Below are positions 52,969 through 63,277 of a stretch of DNA of 64,000 bases, one piece after another. Source of the stretch: Nitrospirales bacterium (GTDB lineage Bacteria; Nitrospirota; Nitrospiria; Nitrospirales; UBA8639); contig OY820905.2 of NCBI GenBank assembly GCA_963555755.3, positions 576,001 to 640,000 on the forward strand, read 5' to 3'. Both the position numbers and the translations under genes were made by a program. Positions within the stretch are counted from its first letter, which is position 1, and every line of letters starts with the position of its first letter. Below the pieces are notes generated by a model, which saw nothing but the letters and a program-made list of their open reading frames with translations, had not been told where the DNA came from and did not search any database.

Positions 52969-53125
52969 GGGTTCGCACAAGAATACCTTCCCAGGTTGGG
53001 GCGTCGATCCATCCATTCTGGCGACGTAGCTCGTCTTTTCCACACGCGGAGTATGCGCAGTCCTCGCGCTTTGCCAGACAGGTGTCTCAGCACCCAAACC
53101 TGGCAAGGTATTCTTGCGCGAACCC
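52969..53125. mobile_element. MITE-like family A, copy 4 (variant ends)
   Basis: GGGTTCGC...GCGAACCC; abuts the DUF1844 stop codon. Confidence 0.82.
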
Positions 53126-53547
53126 TAGGACGTAGGGTTTTTACCCGAGGCCGCCTCGACGTATTTCATGCGCAGGGTATACAGCATGTCCTTCATGACC
53201 GCGGCCTCATCCGAAGTTAAATTTCCTTTGGTTTTCTCTTCCAGAATCGAGAGAATGTCCACAATTTCCTTTGCCTGCGGCAAGTTCACCGGAGCATGGG
53301 GCTGATCAGGGCTCAATTTTTCCCCCATAAGCATTAAGGCCGAGGTTCCCAGGGAAAAAACAAATGAGGAAAATGCGAGCGGAGGAGCAGGTTCGTGGGT
53401 GTGTTCAGAGGCGGTTTGGGTATCTTGGGTTACCTCAGAACCTGGCGAAGAGGACGAAGGTGTTGCGGTTGAAGAAGGTTCTTCGCGAAATTGCCCGCGC
53501 TTATCACGAATAACAAACCCTTGTTGTTCTTCTTCCTCCTCAGGCAC
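53125..53547 (-). CDS. DUF1844 domain protein
   Basis: GFVIRDKR, F..FV.SL...AL..MG, AK..VD.L..LEEKTKGNL...E...L..LRM.Y. Confidence 0.8.
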   Translation of the reverse strand: MPEEEEEQQGFVIRDKRGQFREEPSSTATPSSSSPGSEVTQDTQTASEHTHEPAPPLAFSSFVFSLGTSALMLMGEKLSPDQPHAPVNLPQAKEIVDILSILEEKTKGNLTSDEAAVMKDMLYTLRMKYVEAASGKNPTS

Positions 53548-53613
53548 GGCAACACCCCTTGATTATTGGAAAATGGAAATTATCACAATCCCCTTGAGCC
53601 CGCAAGATGGCTA

Positions 53614-53775
53614 GGAGCCTGTCCGAGATTAGGGATCGTTACAAAGGAGTGCTGGTTTGAGTCAGATATTTCGATCGTTTGAGGCGAATAGTGGTACTAT
53701 TCAACGAAAAGGATCGGAAGATCTGGCAAAATCCAGCACACCCACCGTAGATCCGCCTAATCTTGGACCGGTTCC
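53614..53775. mobile_element. MITE-like family C, empty copy (162 bp)
   Basis: Reverse-complement homolog of 8350-8640 without the nested element; TA flanks. Confidence 0.82.
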
Positions 53776-53780
53776 TAACA

Positions 53781-53808
53781 TTGAAGACCACCCCAAAAAC
53801 GGTATAAT
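53781..53808 (+). promoter_or_regulatory. Putative sigma70 promoter for mazG
   Basis: TTGAAG-16 bp-TATAAT. Confidence 0.4.
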
Positions 53809-53901
53809 GGGGGCCTGTGTTCATGAAGGTCAAAAGGTTGATCTTACACTGTAAGGAAATAACTCTCATGTTCCCCAAGACACAACCGTTTTCCCAATAT
53901 T

Positions 53902-54783
53902 ATGTCACAAGCTTTTGACGATCTTGTCGCACTGGTGGCTCGACTCAGAGCCCCTGATGGCTGCCCATGGGATAGGAAGCAAACGCATGACTCGCTCAAA
54001 CCCTATCTCATCGAAGAATCCTATGAAGTCTTAGAGGCTTTGGATCGAAATGATCCCCGTCAACTTCGTGAGGAGTTAGGCGATCTGCTTCTGCAAGTCG
54101 TGCTCCATACTGAACTTGAATCAGAACAAAACCATTTCACCATGCAAGATGTCATCACAACATTGAATGAGAAACTGGTCAGACGACACCCCCATGTTTT
54201 CACCAAAGAAACCGGACCGTCCTTGAATGCCGACCAAGTCATTACCCAGTGGGAAAAAATTAAGCAGTCTGAACGCTCAGAGCAGGGGCAAGAAGAGTCT
54301 ATTCTGGAAGGGGTCCCTGCCTCCCTCCCCGCTCTTTTACGCGCCTACCAAGTGCAAAAACGTGCCTCTCGTGTGGGCTTTGATTGGGAGCAACCCGAAC
54401 AAGTCGTTGAGAAACTTGATGAAGAGCTGCAAGAACTCCGAGAAGCGACCATCCATCACCAATCCAGAGCAGCCTCCTCTTCCCACGGACAGGATGTGTT
54501 GATTGCCTGGAAAGCTATTGAACAGGAATTTGGTGACGTGCTCTTCACCATTGCAAATTTGGCAAGATTTTTGAAAATCAATCCTGAAGAAGCCTTACGA
54601 AAATCCTGCAACCGATTTGTGACTCGCTTTGCTACGATGGAACAACAAGCAGCGGATGTGGGAAAGGAGCTACAACAACTCAACCCGGAAGAATGGGAAA
54701 CATTTTGGGAAGTCGCAAAAAAGCATGAACGGAGTACCCACAACCTCCCCTCAGCCTCTTCAGGACGGAGTGATCAGTCATGA
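53902..54783 (+). CDS. mazG: Nucleoside triphosphate pyrophosphohydrolase MazG
   Basis: LRAPDGCPWD, EESYEV, EELGDLLLQV, KLVRRHPHVF, GFDW, EFGDVLF. Confidence 0.93.
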   Translation: MSQAFDDLVALVARLRAPDGCPWDRKQTHDSLKPYLIEESYEVLEALDRNDPRQLREELGDLLLQVVLHTELESEQNHFTMQDVITTLNEKLVRRHPHVFTKETGPSLNADQVITQWEKIKQSERSEQGQEESILEGVPASLPALLRAYQVQKRASRVGFDWEQPEQVVEKLDEELQELREATIHHQSRAASSSHGQDVLIAWKAIEQEFGDVLFTIANLARFLKINPEEALRKSCNRFVTRFATMEQQAADVGKELQQLNPEEWETFWEVAKKHERSTHNLPSASSGRSDQS

Positions 54784-55409
54784 GTGACTCTGAAAAACAA
54801 AACGGAAGACGTGTCGGCGTTCACCCCATGATTGTGGTCTTCGGCGTGATTTTTGGTCTGTGGGCTTTCACCCAAGCCATCATTCCAGAATCAAAAAAGA
54901 TTCAACCGCCCCAAGGCCATGAATCCCAATCCGTGCAAACCGCCTCCATTCTGGAAGAGGCACGCACCACAGCCGTCCCCATATTTAAAATGACGGCTGC
55001 CGTACCAACGATGAATGCCATCAGCGTACTTGTCCCTGAACAAACGACTGACAGCCAGGTCGCCGCGTTGGTGGCCTACCTGCGTGATGCCCGCACAGAT
55101 GGGACTCTCTCTTCCATCCTGTCTCCCACGACCCCGAATAACCACCTTGGTCCATTTTCCATTGCGAACATCTTTATTTTTTCTGATCGCCAATATGCCG
55201 TCGAAGAAGCCATTCAGATTTTATCCGTGGGTGCACATGCCCCGGGGGATATTTATGGGAAGGAGATTCCCTATGAAGTGGCCATGGAACATGTCCGTGG
55301 CCATTATATGGTGAACCTCAACAACAAAACCAAACAGGACCAAGGCACACTGGGTTTTGGGGAAGTCGCCACCGGGCTCTATTCGCGTCGGTATCTCCCC
55401 ATCTTTTAG
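54780..55409 (+). CDS. Hypothetical membrane-anchored protein
   Basis: Overlaps the mazG stop (ATGA); N-terminal TM. Confidence 0.6.
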   Translation: MSDSEKQNGRRVGVHPMIVVFGVIFGLWAFTQAIIPESKKIQPPQGHESQSVQTASILEEARTTAVPIFKMTAAVPTMNAISVLVPEQTTDSQVAALVAYLRDARTDGTLSSILSPTTPNNHLGPFSIANIFIFSDRQYAVEEAIQILSVGAHAPGDIYGKEIPYEVAMEHVRGHYMVNLNNKTKQDQGTLGFGEVATGLYSRRYLPIF

Positions 55410-55530
55410 GGGGATGTTGAAAAAGGGCGTCAGCGGCGTTCTCGGCCCTTTGTCGTGCTCACGTACTGCTGTACGCTCCGCGCGCCAAAGCGCCTGCGGC
55501 CTTGCTGAGCGCACCTTTTTGAACATCCCC
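55410..55530. mobile_element. MITE-like family B, copy 5
   Basis: GGGGATGTTGAAAAA...TTTTTGAACATCCCC directly after a TAG stop. Confidence 0.82.
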
Positions 55531-55611
55531 CTTGCTTTGGTGGGAGGGCAATTTAAATAATTTCAATGCGAAGGAGGAAAGCCTGACAGAGCAATTTTGG
55601 TGAGGAATAAT

Positions 55612-56019
55612 TTACAAGCCCACGATCTTTTGAATTTCCTGCCGTAAACGCTCACGCTCTTCTTTCATCCAACTTTCCAGTTTGGGGAAAAGGTAGGCTA
55701 ATGATCCAGTAAACGGCTCAATCATCACATCCCGACGGTCAACAAACATATTCGCTTCATTCGCCAGTTCAAGTTTTCGGTCTCCAATAGCACGAGTGAG
55801 AATTTGATTGACTCGAAGTTGCTGACCCGCCGATCCACCGGAAATTTCTAAAATTTTACTTTTAAAGACATTCAGTTCTTCTTCCAGCGAGATTTTCACA
55901 CGGATCCCTTGTGGGGTGCCCCAGTTGGGGCGTTGAACCGAATAATCATAAGACATGGCAGGCTCCTGGGGTTCCCGGTACGGACCCATTACATTTAAAA
56001 TGGTGTAGGACTCAGCCAT
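55612..56019 (-). CDS. Hypothetical protein
   Basis: 135-aa ORF with AAGGA RBS. Confidence 0.6.
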   Translation of the reverse strand: MAESYTILNVMGPYREPQEPAMSYDYSVQRPNWGTPQGIRVKISLEEELNVFKSKILEISGGSAGQQLRVNQILTRAIGDRKLELANEANMFVDRRDVMIEPFTGSLAYLFPKLESWMKEERERLRQEIQKIVGL

Positions 56020-56085
56020 CAGAATTCCTTTGGAGCCTGCCCAAGATTAGACAGATCTACTGCGGGTGCGGGAATGAGAAGAAAG

Positions 56086-56133
56086 TGGTCGGGGCGAGAG
56101 GATTGGAACCTTCGACCCCCGCGTCCCCAACGC
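56086..56133 (-). other. 3' half of tRNA-Pro(GGG), att-like island junction
   Basis: Minus strand GCG TT GGG GA CGCGG GGGTC GAAGG TTCCAAT CCTCT CGCCCCG A CCA; no 5' half or D-arm. Confidence 0.7.
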
Positions 56134-56488
56134 CAATTTATTTGCAACGGTAGCCAACACAATGCCACACCGTACCATGCAAACACCGCGCCTAGCAAGG
56201 TGTTTACCTGCTTCTTGTTGCTTGGCGTGGTTTTGCTGGGTATGGGCGAACCGTGACTTTTTTCGTATTTTTTGAGTTGGAACCGTCACTCTAACCGTTA
56301 CCGTAAAAACACTATACGTACCAGGGTAGAAATCTCAGGGAGGCAATGGGTCGGTTCGCTACCGACTCGGCGGTGTGTTTCCTGACCATCGTACGGAAAT
56401 TAACATTCGGGTCTTCTCCCAAGTGAGTGGGTAAATTGGGGCGAGTAATGTCCTGTTCCTTCAGATTGTATCCTCTAACCGTAATAAT

Positions 56489-57465
56489 GGTTCTGTCGCA
56501 AATACTCGACCGAGACGAAAAGCATGTGATGGTTGGCCTGCACTACGCGGCGAGGGCATAGAACATTTCAGCAGAAGTTTTCCTATCTCCCGCGAGGGTT
56601 TTCATCTGACCTTTCTTGATCATGGCCATAATTTCAATCCCAGCTCATGTCCGTTGGGCCGCGTGAAAGGTTTTGAAGCCCAGCACCGATCGCGTGAGCC
56701 TTTTGATGCATCGGTGGTCTTGCTCGATAATATTGTTCAGATATTTGCACTGACGGATTGTAATACGTGTGTGATGGTCTCGATTCAACTGTTTCAGGCC
56801 CGCTTGGTTCGCCCCACTCTGATCGATATTCACCAGACTCGGGTTGCCGTTTTCATTGATAGCGTTCTTCAAAAAGCGTAAGGCAACTTGCGTATCTCGT
56901 GTCGCGGTCAAGAGAAAATCGATGGTATGCCCTTGCGTATCGATGGCCCGATAATAATATTTCCATTGGTCCTTGACCTGAATGTAGGTGTCATCCATTC
57001 TCCACCGAGTGCCGATGCGCTTTTTTTTACGCCGAAAGGCGGCTTCCAGTTGTGGCGAATCATGAATGACCCAGCGATTGATGGTACTGTGGTCAACGGA
57101 GAATCCACGTTCTAGCATCAATTCTTCAATATCCCTGTAACTAAGGACCTGAGAGAAAATAACTTGAACAATTTCGCGCCACGATTTGGGTTGGATTTGG
57201 ACGGAACGATTGAGAAAAACCCGAGGCATAGCACAGCTATGTTGAGGGTTTTTCGACTGAGGCCCATTCCAAGATGGCCCGAAGATTGGATGCGAAATTG
57301 TTCAAGTTATTTTCTCTCAGGTCCTAAGGGATTACACGAGATACCAACGAACGCTTTGCAGATCATGTCTTGATGAAAATGCGTCTCTTGAAGGATATGG
57401 CTACCATGATGGTCTCCCCCTCAAATAGCTTCAGGTTAACACATCAAGCTATTTGCGACAGAACC
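56489..57465 (-). mobile_element. IS6-family element with pseudogenised transposase interrupted by a family D element
   Basis: 16-bp IRs GGTTCTGTCGCAAATA; LSYRDIEELM.ERG, RWRMDDTY, YLNNIIEQDHR; frameshifts and stops. Confidence 0.88.
57145..57324. mobile_element. MITE-like family D, copy 2, inside the IS6 transposase
   Basis: TIR GGACCTGAGAGAAAATAACTTGAAC; TAA/TAA duplication. Confidence 0.88.
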
Positions 57466-57473
57466 CATGTCTG

Positions 57474-58520
57474 TTACATACCAATCGTGTGACGAAGTAT
57501 GGGGGTGCGGGCAATGAGTAGGCAGGCCACGGTGCTAATGGAAAATGTCAAGAAAACTTCGATCCCGATTCCTGCCAAGGCGAATTGATTGAATAGGCCT
57601 TTCGTATAGGGTTTGAGGAGAGTTAGGAATATCACATGAATGAGGTACACCCCAAACGTCATGGGGCCAAGAAAGGCAAACGTTTCCAAGAGGAAATGGT
57701 TTAATGAAGTGGTAAAGAAATATTGAAGTAACAAAAAAATAGAGAAGGATTGAATGATCACGGCAAGGTGGAAATGGTCATAAAATTTAAAAGTTCGGTA
57801 ATCTTCGATTCCCAATAGGGCAATTTGTTGGCCTGTTCCTATGATGATAACCACACTTGATAAAGCGAAGCAGAGGGTGGCTATCCAACATTGTCCACTT
57901 GACAACATTCTATGACGTAAAATGAATCCCCCAATAAAAAACCCTAGATAGGGGATAAATCTGGTGAAGGCATTTAACGGGAGAAATATCGTCATATAAT
58001 CGCCTGCTGCCAAAATAAATGCTCCGATGGCGAGGCCCCAAAGGACAAAATTTTTCTGATATTTGACAAAGATCCGTAAAAATGGAGTGACCAGATATAA
58101 CCCTAGGATAATAAATAGAAAGTAGAGATGGTTATACGTCAATCCATTTAAAAGAGCTTTTAGGATAAATTCTTTGTCAACTGGTTCTCCATAGAGATAA
58201 TCATTCCAAAAAAAATAAAACGAGACCCAAAAGATGAATGGAGCCAAAATTCTCTTGGCACGTTTTTTATAAAAAATACGCCAAGATTCTTGTTTGGCCG
58301 GATCCAGCAAAAGGGCGCCACTTAACATAATAAACATAGGCACTGCCCAACGGCTGAGAGAATCGATGCTGTTACATATCCACCAGTTTTCGAGGCTAAT
58401 AGCGTCATATTGGATGACACCCTGGGCTGAGGAGTGAAGCGCAATGATTGTAAGCATAGTCACGACTCGCATGCCATCGGCATAGGCGATATGTTTATAG
58501 GGGGTGGGTCGATCGTCCAC
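57474..58520 (-). CDS. Acyltransferase family 3 membrane protein
   Basis: D.MR......IALH, AVPMFIMLSGALL, HLYFL, TFGVYLIH; AT-rich. Confidence 0.85.
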   Translation of the reverse strand: MDDRPTPYKHIAYADGMRVVTMLTIIALHSSAQGVIQYDAISLENWWICNSIDSLSRWAVPMFIMLSGALLLDPAKQESWRIFYKKRAKRILAPFIFWVSFYFFWNDYLYGEPVDKEFILKALLNGLTYNHLYFLFIILGLYLVTPFLRIFVKYQKNFVLWGLAIGAFILAAGDYMTIFLPLNAFTRFIPYLGFFIGGFILRHRMLSSGQCWIATLCFALSSVVIIIGTGQQIALLGIEDYRTFKFYDHFHLAVIIQSFSIFLLLQYFFTTSLNHFLLETFAFLGPMTFGVYLIHVIFLTLLKPYTKGLFNQFALAGIGIEVFLTFSISTVACLLIARTPILRHTIGM

Positions 58521-58799
58521 AGGAATGTTCTTTCTTTTTGTGCCGCAGAATCGTTACTTCATAATCAACGGTGTCTTTTTGCCGCGCAGTTGATTGAATT
58601 CCAAGAAATGCAAAGGATCAATGGTGGTAAGGATAAAATAGTGAATACCTCTTACGGCAGCAAGTATGGGATTTTTTCTGCTGATTTTTTTAATCTTCAT
58701 ATGATTTTCAACTTATCTGGGAAAACTCATAACGATAGAATGCTTGGACGCAAGCCATATAGGTCTGGCTCGTTTCTACCCGCCAACGTGTAGCAGCCC

Positions 58800-59554
58800 A
58801 TGCGCAAAACTATTGTATTTACCTTTCTGGGTCTCGGCTTCTTTTTGGGGCAGTAGAGGTGGTGTTGAATGCCTTGCGGTTGGGAGACGATGCACCATTT
58901 ACACTTGATGGAACTCTTATCTATCGTCCGATCCCCACCGCTCGATATGCCTATATCCAAATGCCAGAAAATGGCGGAGAGGTGATTTGGACGGAATTTG
59001 ATGCACGAGGTGATCGTGTGATGGATAGTGGTGACCCAGCTACGGCAGATACTGTGATTGGCGTCTATGGGACTCATTTATTCAGGGAAGTTTTGTACAC
59101 AGTGAAGAAACTTTTTCCTATTTCCTCTACCAGGACTTACCGCACAAAGTTCAATCTTCCGTTGCCACGGTAAATGCCGGGACCGATGGATGTTTGTACT
59201 TCTTATGATTGGCAAATTGATAAGGATAAATTCCCAGATTATGATCTGCGTACATTGACCAACCTGATGACTAAGATGGCTGAAAGACATGGGATTTTCT
59301 CCATAAACCTTTTTAAGGTCTTCCAAGGGGAACGTTGTCATGAGTTGTATTATCACCACGGAAATAATTACTGGACCCCTCTGGGTCAAAAGCTTGCCGC
59401 GACGATGGTGGCTGACCATCTTATTCAGGATGAGACCCTTCACCTATCGTCTGTTCCTCCGTACAATCCGACTGGCAAGTTGTGTTCCTTTTCTCCCCTT
59501 GAATTGAAAAAACTTCCTAATGGAATATCTCTTGGGATGGTATGGTCAACTTAA
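58800..59554 (+). pseudogene. Degraded SGNH/AlgX-like exported protein
   Basis: Signal-like start at 58800 frameshifted into ORF 58859; in-frame TAA at 59171-59173; LYY...N.YWTPLGQKLAA..VA resembles a decayed DxHW block. Confidence 0.45.
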
Positions 59555-59971
59555 CGATCGATGGGCAAATTGAACCAGCTAAGCCAAGCTGCTTATGCGC
59601 ACACCGCTGCCTCCCAGACCTGAAACGCCTGGGGGCGCAACAGTCGATAATGGACCGCCTGCATGAGGTGGCGGCCGAGACAAAAGAGATTCTGTGTGAG
59701 TCCGTGTAACGTCAAAAACCGTTGAGCGTGAGTTGCTGAAGAAAACCCTCGCAAGGGTAAACTTTCGGCACCATTGACGAACGGTTTCATAGGTGACGGT
59801 GATGCCACGTTCGGCCAGCAATTCTTCGACTTCACGGAAACTGAGGCAGAAACGATGGGACAACCAGACGGCGTGACTGATAATTTCAGAAGGAAAGCGA
59901 TGGCGTTGGTAGCTGGGTTTTTGGTTTTCATGCTGCCCAGTCTGCCAAAGGCGGGTTAAGTTGACAATACC
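59539..59971 (-). mobile_element. Internally deleted IS6-family element (433 bp)
   Basis: IRs GGTAT(G/T)GTCAACTTAA; N-terminus YQRHRFPSEII...RQWCRKF joined out of frame to C-terminus RGFSSATHAQRFL. Confidence 0.82.
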
Positions 59972-60118
59972 CGCACGACATACCAGAACTGAAAACACGT
60001 CAGCCACCAGAATACATCGGCGCAAAGCCTGACCCCCGGCTACCCAACCAATCACGTCTTGATTGTTGATTAATTGTCCTCGAAAATATCACGTCCAGGT
60101 TGACCAAGACAGCCAGTG

Positions 60119-61594
60119 CTAACGGGATAATCGATCGAGCACATTTCGGGTAATCCTTTCAACGACCTGGTCTCCGCCACGTAAGCCACGGGCCCAATCT
60201 GTCGTAGCCGCTGTAAAAACATTCCCGCCGCCGCCGCTCGTATAGATACCCATGCAGGCATTACCCTCTTGGTCGGGGGCAAAGCGTTCATGCCATATCC
60301 ACAATCCGTCAGGCCAACTGGCCGGCGCGGTTGCAAGAATCTGGAATGATTCCGGCGTGCCATCCCTATGCGTAGGCACGGGCCGACCGTTCTTACTCTC
60401 GAAATCGCAGCCGTCGACTTCATAACCAACAATCGAGTCCGTCCCGCCGAATTCATCATCATTGTTCAGGCCGGTTCCTTCAAAAACCCAATGGTCGGCG
60501 CGGTGGACAGTAAAGGCACCGGATCCATCCATATATTGACCCTGACTGCGATGCATGCCTCCGTGCATCATCCCAACACCCGTCAGCGAGTTTTCCGGCC
60601 GGTTAACGAGGTGATGACTCCACAGTGTAGTCAGCAAGGGGTTTGGACCACCCGGATTGTACAAGGGGTCGTCCCGATACCACTTTTTCCAGGACACCAT
60701 GGCTTGACCGTCATCCACAAAACGTATCTGCCACGTCACGGAATTACCACTGAAGAACGCCGCATTGCCGCCTTTGGCGATAAAGGCCTCGAGATGGTCT
60801 CGCATTCCCTTCGACCAGTACTCGTCATGTCCTACGCTAAGAATCAGCTTGTAATGGTTCAGTAGTTCAGGGTGGAATTCCAGGTCTTCATTGGCCGCGT
60901 AATCGATCTTATAGCCCTGTTGTTCGGCCCAGATGATGAAGTGTGCTTCCCATTCATAGACACCACTTTTGATCGGCCGCAAAAACGAGACCCGGTGTCC
61001 TTGCCGGTTATTGGTGCTGTTAAAAGAATACAAGCTTTTGCCGCCCCATGACTCGTAGGCGTTCCACATATTGGTGGTAAGCGGCATGAGAATTGACGTT
61101 CTTTCCCCCGGTGAACCTGCACGCACGATAAAAAACGTTGTTTGACCGTCTATCCATTCGGCCGGTCGGGTTGGGTCGGTGCCGCCTAAAAATACTTCGT
61201 AATAGCCGCTGACCCAGTCTGGCGGGACTTTCAGTGACAGGCCTACCGGCCAGCCGGCTCCGCGGGCCGATGCGTCAGGAGGTTTGTCGTAAGAGCGGCC
61301 CGACTCAACGATCTTTTTGAAAATCGGCTGTTGGACAGATCCGAGTCGCCTAATGGTAATCGTATAGCGATCAAGCCTGGACGAAATATGAAAATCAATA
61401 CGGTTTCCCGGCGCGTAGCTCCTTTTGTTTGTATAACCCTGAATGAATGGGGAAGAGGCATCGACTCCGACAGCAACGTAAAGATGTAGCGCCGAGAAAA
61501 AGCAAATGAGGAGCCCCCCAAAACACCTCAATCGAATCCTGGGGTGTTCGAAACCTGTAATGGGTTTCTTCACCGGACTCGAGCGTTGCAGCAT
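60119..61594 (-). CDS. N,N-dimethylformamidase beta-subunit-like domain protein, probably exported
   Basis: W.AY..WGGKSLY, VSF.RP, SVGHDEYWS..MRD, FFSGN...WQIR, VGYEVD. Confidence 0.75.
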   Translation of the reverse strand: MLQRSSPVKKPITGFEHPRIRLRCFGGLLICFFSALHLYVAVGVDASSPFIQGYTNKRSYAPGNRIDFHISSRLDRYTITIRRLGSVQQPIFKKIVESGRSYDKPPDASARGAGWPVGLSLKVPPDWVSGYYEVFLGGTDPTRPAEWIDGQTTFFIVRAGSPGERTSILMPLTTNMWNAYESWGGKSLYSFNSTNNRQGHRVSFLRPIKSGVYEWEAHFIIWAEQQGYKIDYAANEDLEFHPELLNHYKLILSVGHDEYWSKGMRDHLEAFIAKGGNAAFFSGNSVTWQIRFVDDGQAMVSWKKWYRDDPLYNPGGPNPLLTTLWSHHLVNRPENSLTGVGMMHGGMHRSQGQYMDGSGAFTVHRADHWVFEGTGLNNDDEFGGTDSIVGYEVDGCDFESKNGRPVPTHRDGTPESFQILATAPASWPDGLWIWHERFAPDQEGNACMGIYTSGGGGNVFTAATTDWARGLRGGDQVVERITRNVLDRLSR

Positions 61595-61607
61595 AATTAC
61601 CCCACCC

Positions 61608-62774
61608 CTAACATTGATAATCTTGTAATACCTCTGCCAAATATTCACCAATGAGACGATGGGCTCTCGCATTCGGATGTGGATCATCCGGCGAGAGGAT
61701 GAACGCTTCTCGGTTCGTTTGAATATTCGGAATTATCTGAGATACCCGAATGACTTGGAATTGACCTTGATCCAGTTGCTGGACGATTTGGTTTGCAAGA
61801 GTATATCCACTGCCCTTGTCCCAAAAAAGAACCAGAAATTGGGCGCCGTAGGTGTTTTCTAACTCGGATTTGGCCCGAGCCAGAATTTTTAGGTAAAGGG
61901 GAATGTCTTTCGAATCAAGCAACGTTGAATGAAGGAGGTGCGTCCGAATAAACTTATACAGTAAACTATCCTTTAAATAGCCAAGAAAGTATCTAAAGAC
62001 GGTGCCGTGGAAAGGCCCATTATACTCCACTCTACCTTCCTGATTCATGGTATAACGCGGGCCATAGAAATCCCAGGAAGTTTTCCCGGCCACTCTATCA
62101 ACATGGGCTGGAATCCCCTGATAAATCACCACCTGGAACGGGCCATCAACAAGGTCAGCCATCCGGCCCGTTTCTATCATCCGTAACATTTGATGGGGAC
62201 CATATCCGTGAAATCCCAAATTGTGGGCCCGAAATTTTCCCCCACCAGCGTCCTGGAAATAATAGGGCATGGTCTCAGTATCCCCAAGCCCTTCACCAAA
62301 TGTAATAGAGCCACCTGAAAAGACGACATTGCACAATCTGCCATTTTTTCTAAAGGGCGTTTCCCGAATGCCCTTTGAATTAATCGTATATTGGACCTGA
62401 TATAGCAACCGGTCCGCAAAGTGTTCCTGTACTGTAAATTTCCCTGTATTGGGTCCGTACCCCAACTCAGAATCATAATGGAAATACCAGAAAGGATAAT
62501 CTACTCTAACTTGATCTTCGACCTGATTGTAAATAACTAGGGAAACCTCCAGCAGCATCAGACACGCAAATAGGCTCATGAAGGAGAGAGCCAGATTTTT
62601 CGCCATCGGTTTCCTGAACCACATACAAAGCCAGCCGGACCAGATTGCACCCATCAAAAAAACCAGAGGGAAAGACCACCGTGTTTCCAAAAAATACAAC
62701 AAGGTGAAACAAAAAAGAGGGAGCACGACTAAGGACCAGAACCGAACGGCTGGTAAGGATTGAACAGGAGTCAT
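61608..62774 (-). CDS. SGNH/GDSL hydrolase-like membrane-anchored protein
   Basis: GGSITFGEG, NLGFHGYGPHQ, DPHPN; N-terminal TMs. Confidence 0.75.
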   Translation of the reverse strand: MTPVQSLPAVRFWSLVVLPLFCFTLLYFLETRWSFPLVFLMGAIWSGWLCMWFRKPMAKNLALSFMSLFACLMLLEVSLVIYNQVEDQVRVDYPFWYFHYDSELGYGPNTGKFTVQEHFADRLLYQVQYTINSKGIRETPFRKNGRLCNVVFSGGSITFGEGLGDTETMPYYFQDAGGGKFRAHNLGFHGYGPHQMLRMIETGRMADLVDGPFQVVIYQGIPAHVDRVAGKTSWDFYGPRYTMNQEGRVEYNGPFHGTVFRYFLGYLKDSLLYKFIRTHLLHSTLLDSKDIPLYLKILARAKSELENTYGAQFLVLFWDKGSGYTLANQIVQQLDQGQFQVIRVSQIIPNIQTNREAFILSPDDPHPNARAHRLIGEYLAEVLQDYQC

Positions 62775-62927
62775 TTCAGGGAATGGGAATCTTTGTGAGT
62801 AATAGAAAGAGCTGATCAGACTACACAATAACAGGTTTTAAGAAAAGGGAAGGCCAAAAAATTGTTTCTCAGAACTTATAACTCGGCACTATCCCTTTCT
62901 ACCTAAATGGAATGCCAGAATATTAAA

Positions 62928-63090
62928 CCTAGAAACGGCAGTTGGGCACAAAAAAGACGTGTAAGATATTGGTGTGCATGGTGAAATAAAAAAAGTCGTG
63001 GTCACCTTTGTGGTGATGAGACATTTTTTTATTTTGCCAGGTGCGCCAAGAGCTTGCGCGGACTTTTGTGATCCAACTGCTGTTTCTAGG
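62928..63090. mobile_element. MITE-like element family G (163 bp)
   Basis: TIR CCTAGAAAC(G/A)GCAGTTGG..CACAAAA; 5-bp duplication TTAAA. Confidence 0.75.
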
Positions 63091-63277
63091 TTAAAGGCTG
63101 AAATACTAAAAGGCCCCCTCTCCTCCTTCTCATAGGCTGAACAAGACAACCAATAGGGTGCTCAGTCTGGAATCCGAGTGTGTGCTGAAAATCAAGGGAG
63201 GCATTGACCGGACTGTTTAACCGCTGCTCCGTTCATCATATTCACAGTGTCTCCCACCTTATGGCAAGTCGGTGAAT

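Noticed and set aside
56086..56133. Functional tRNA-Pro gene
   Set aside because: The 5' acceptor strand and D-arm are absent and the T-arm is mismatched; treated as an att remnant.
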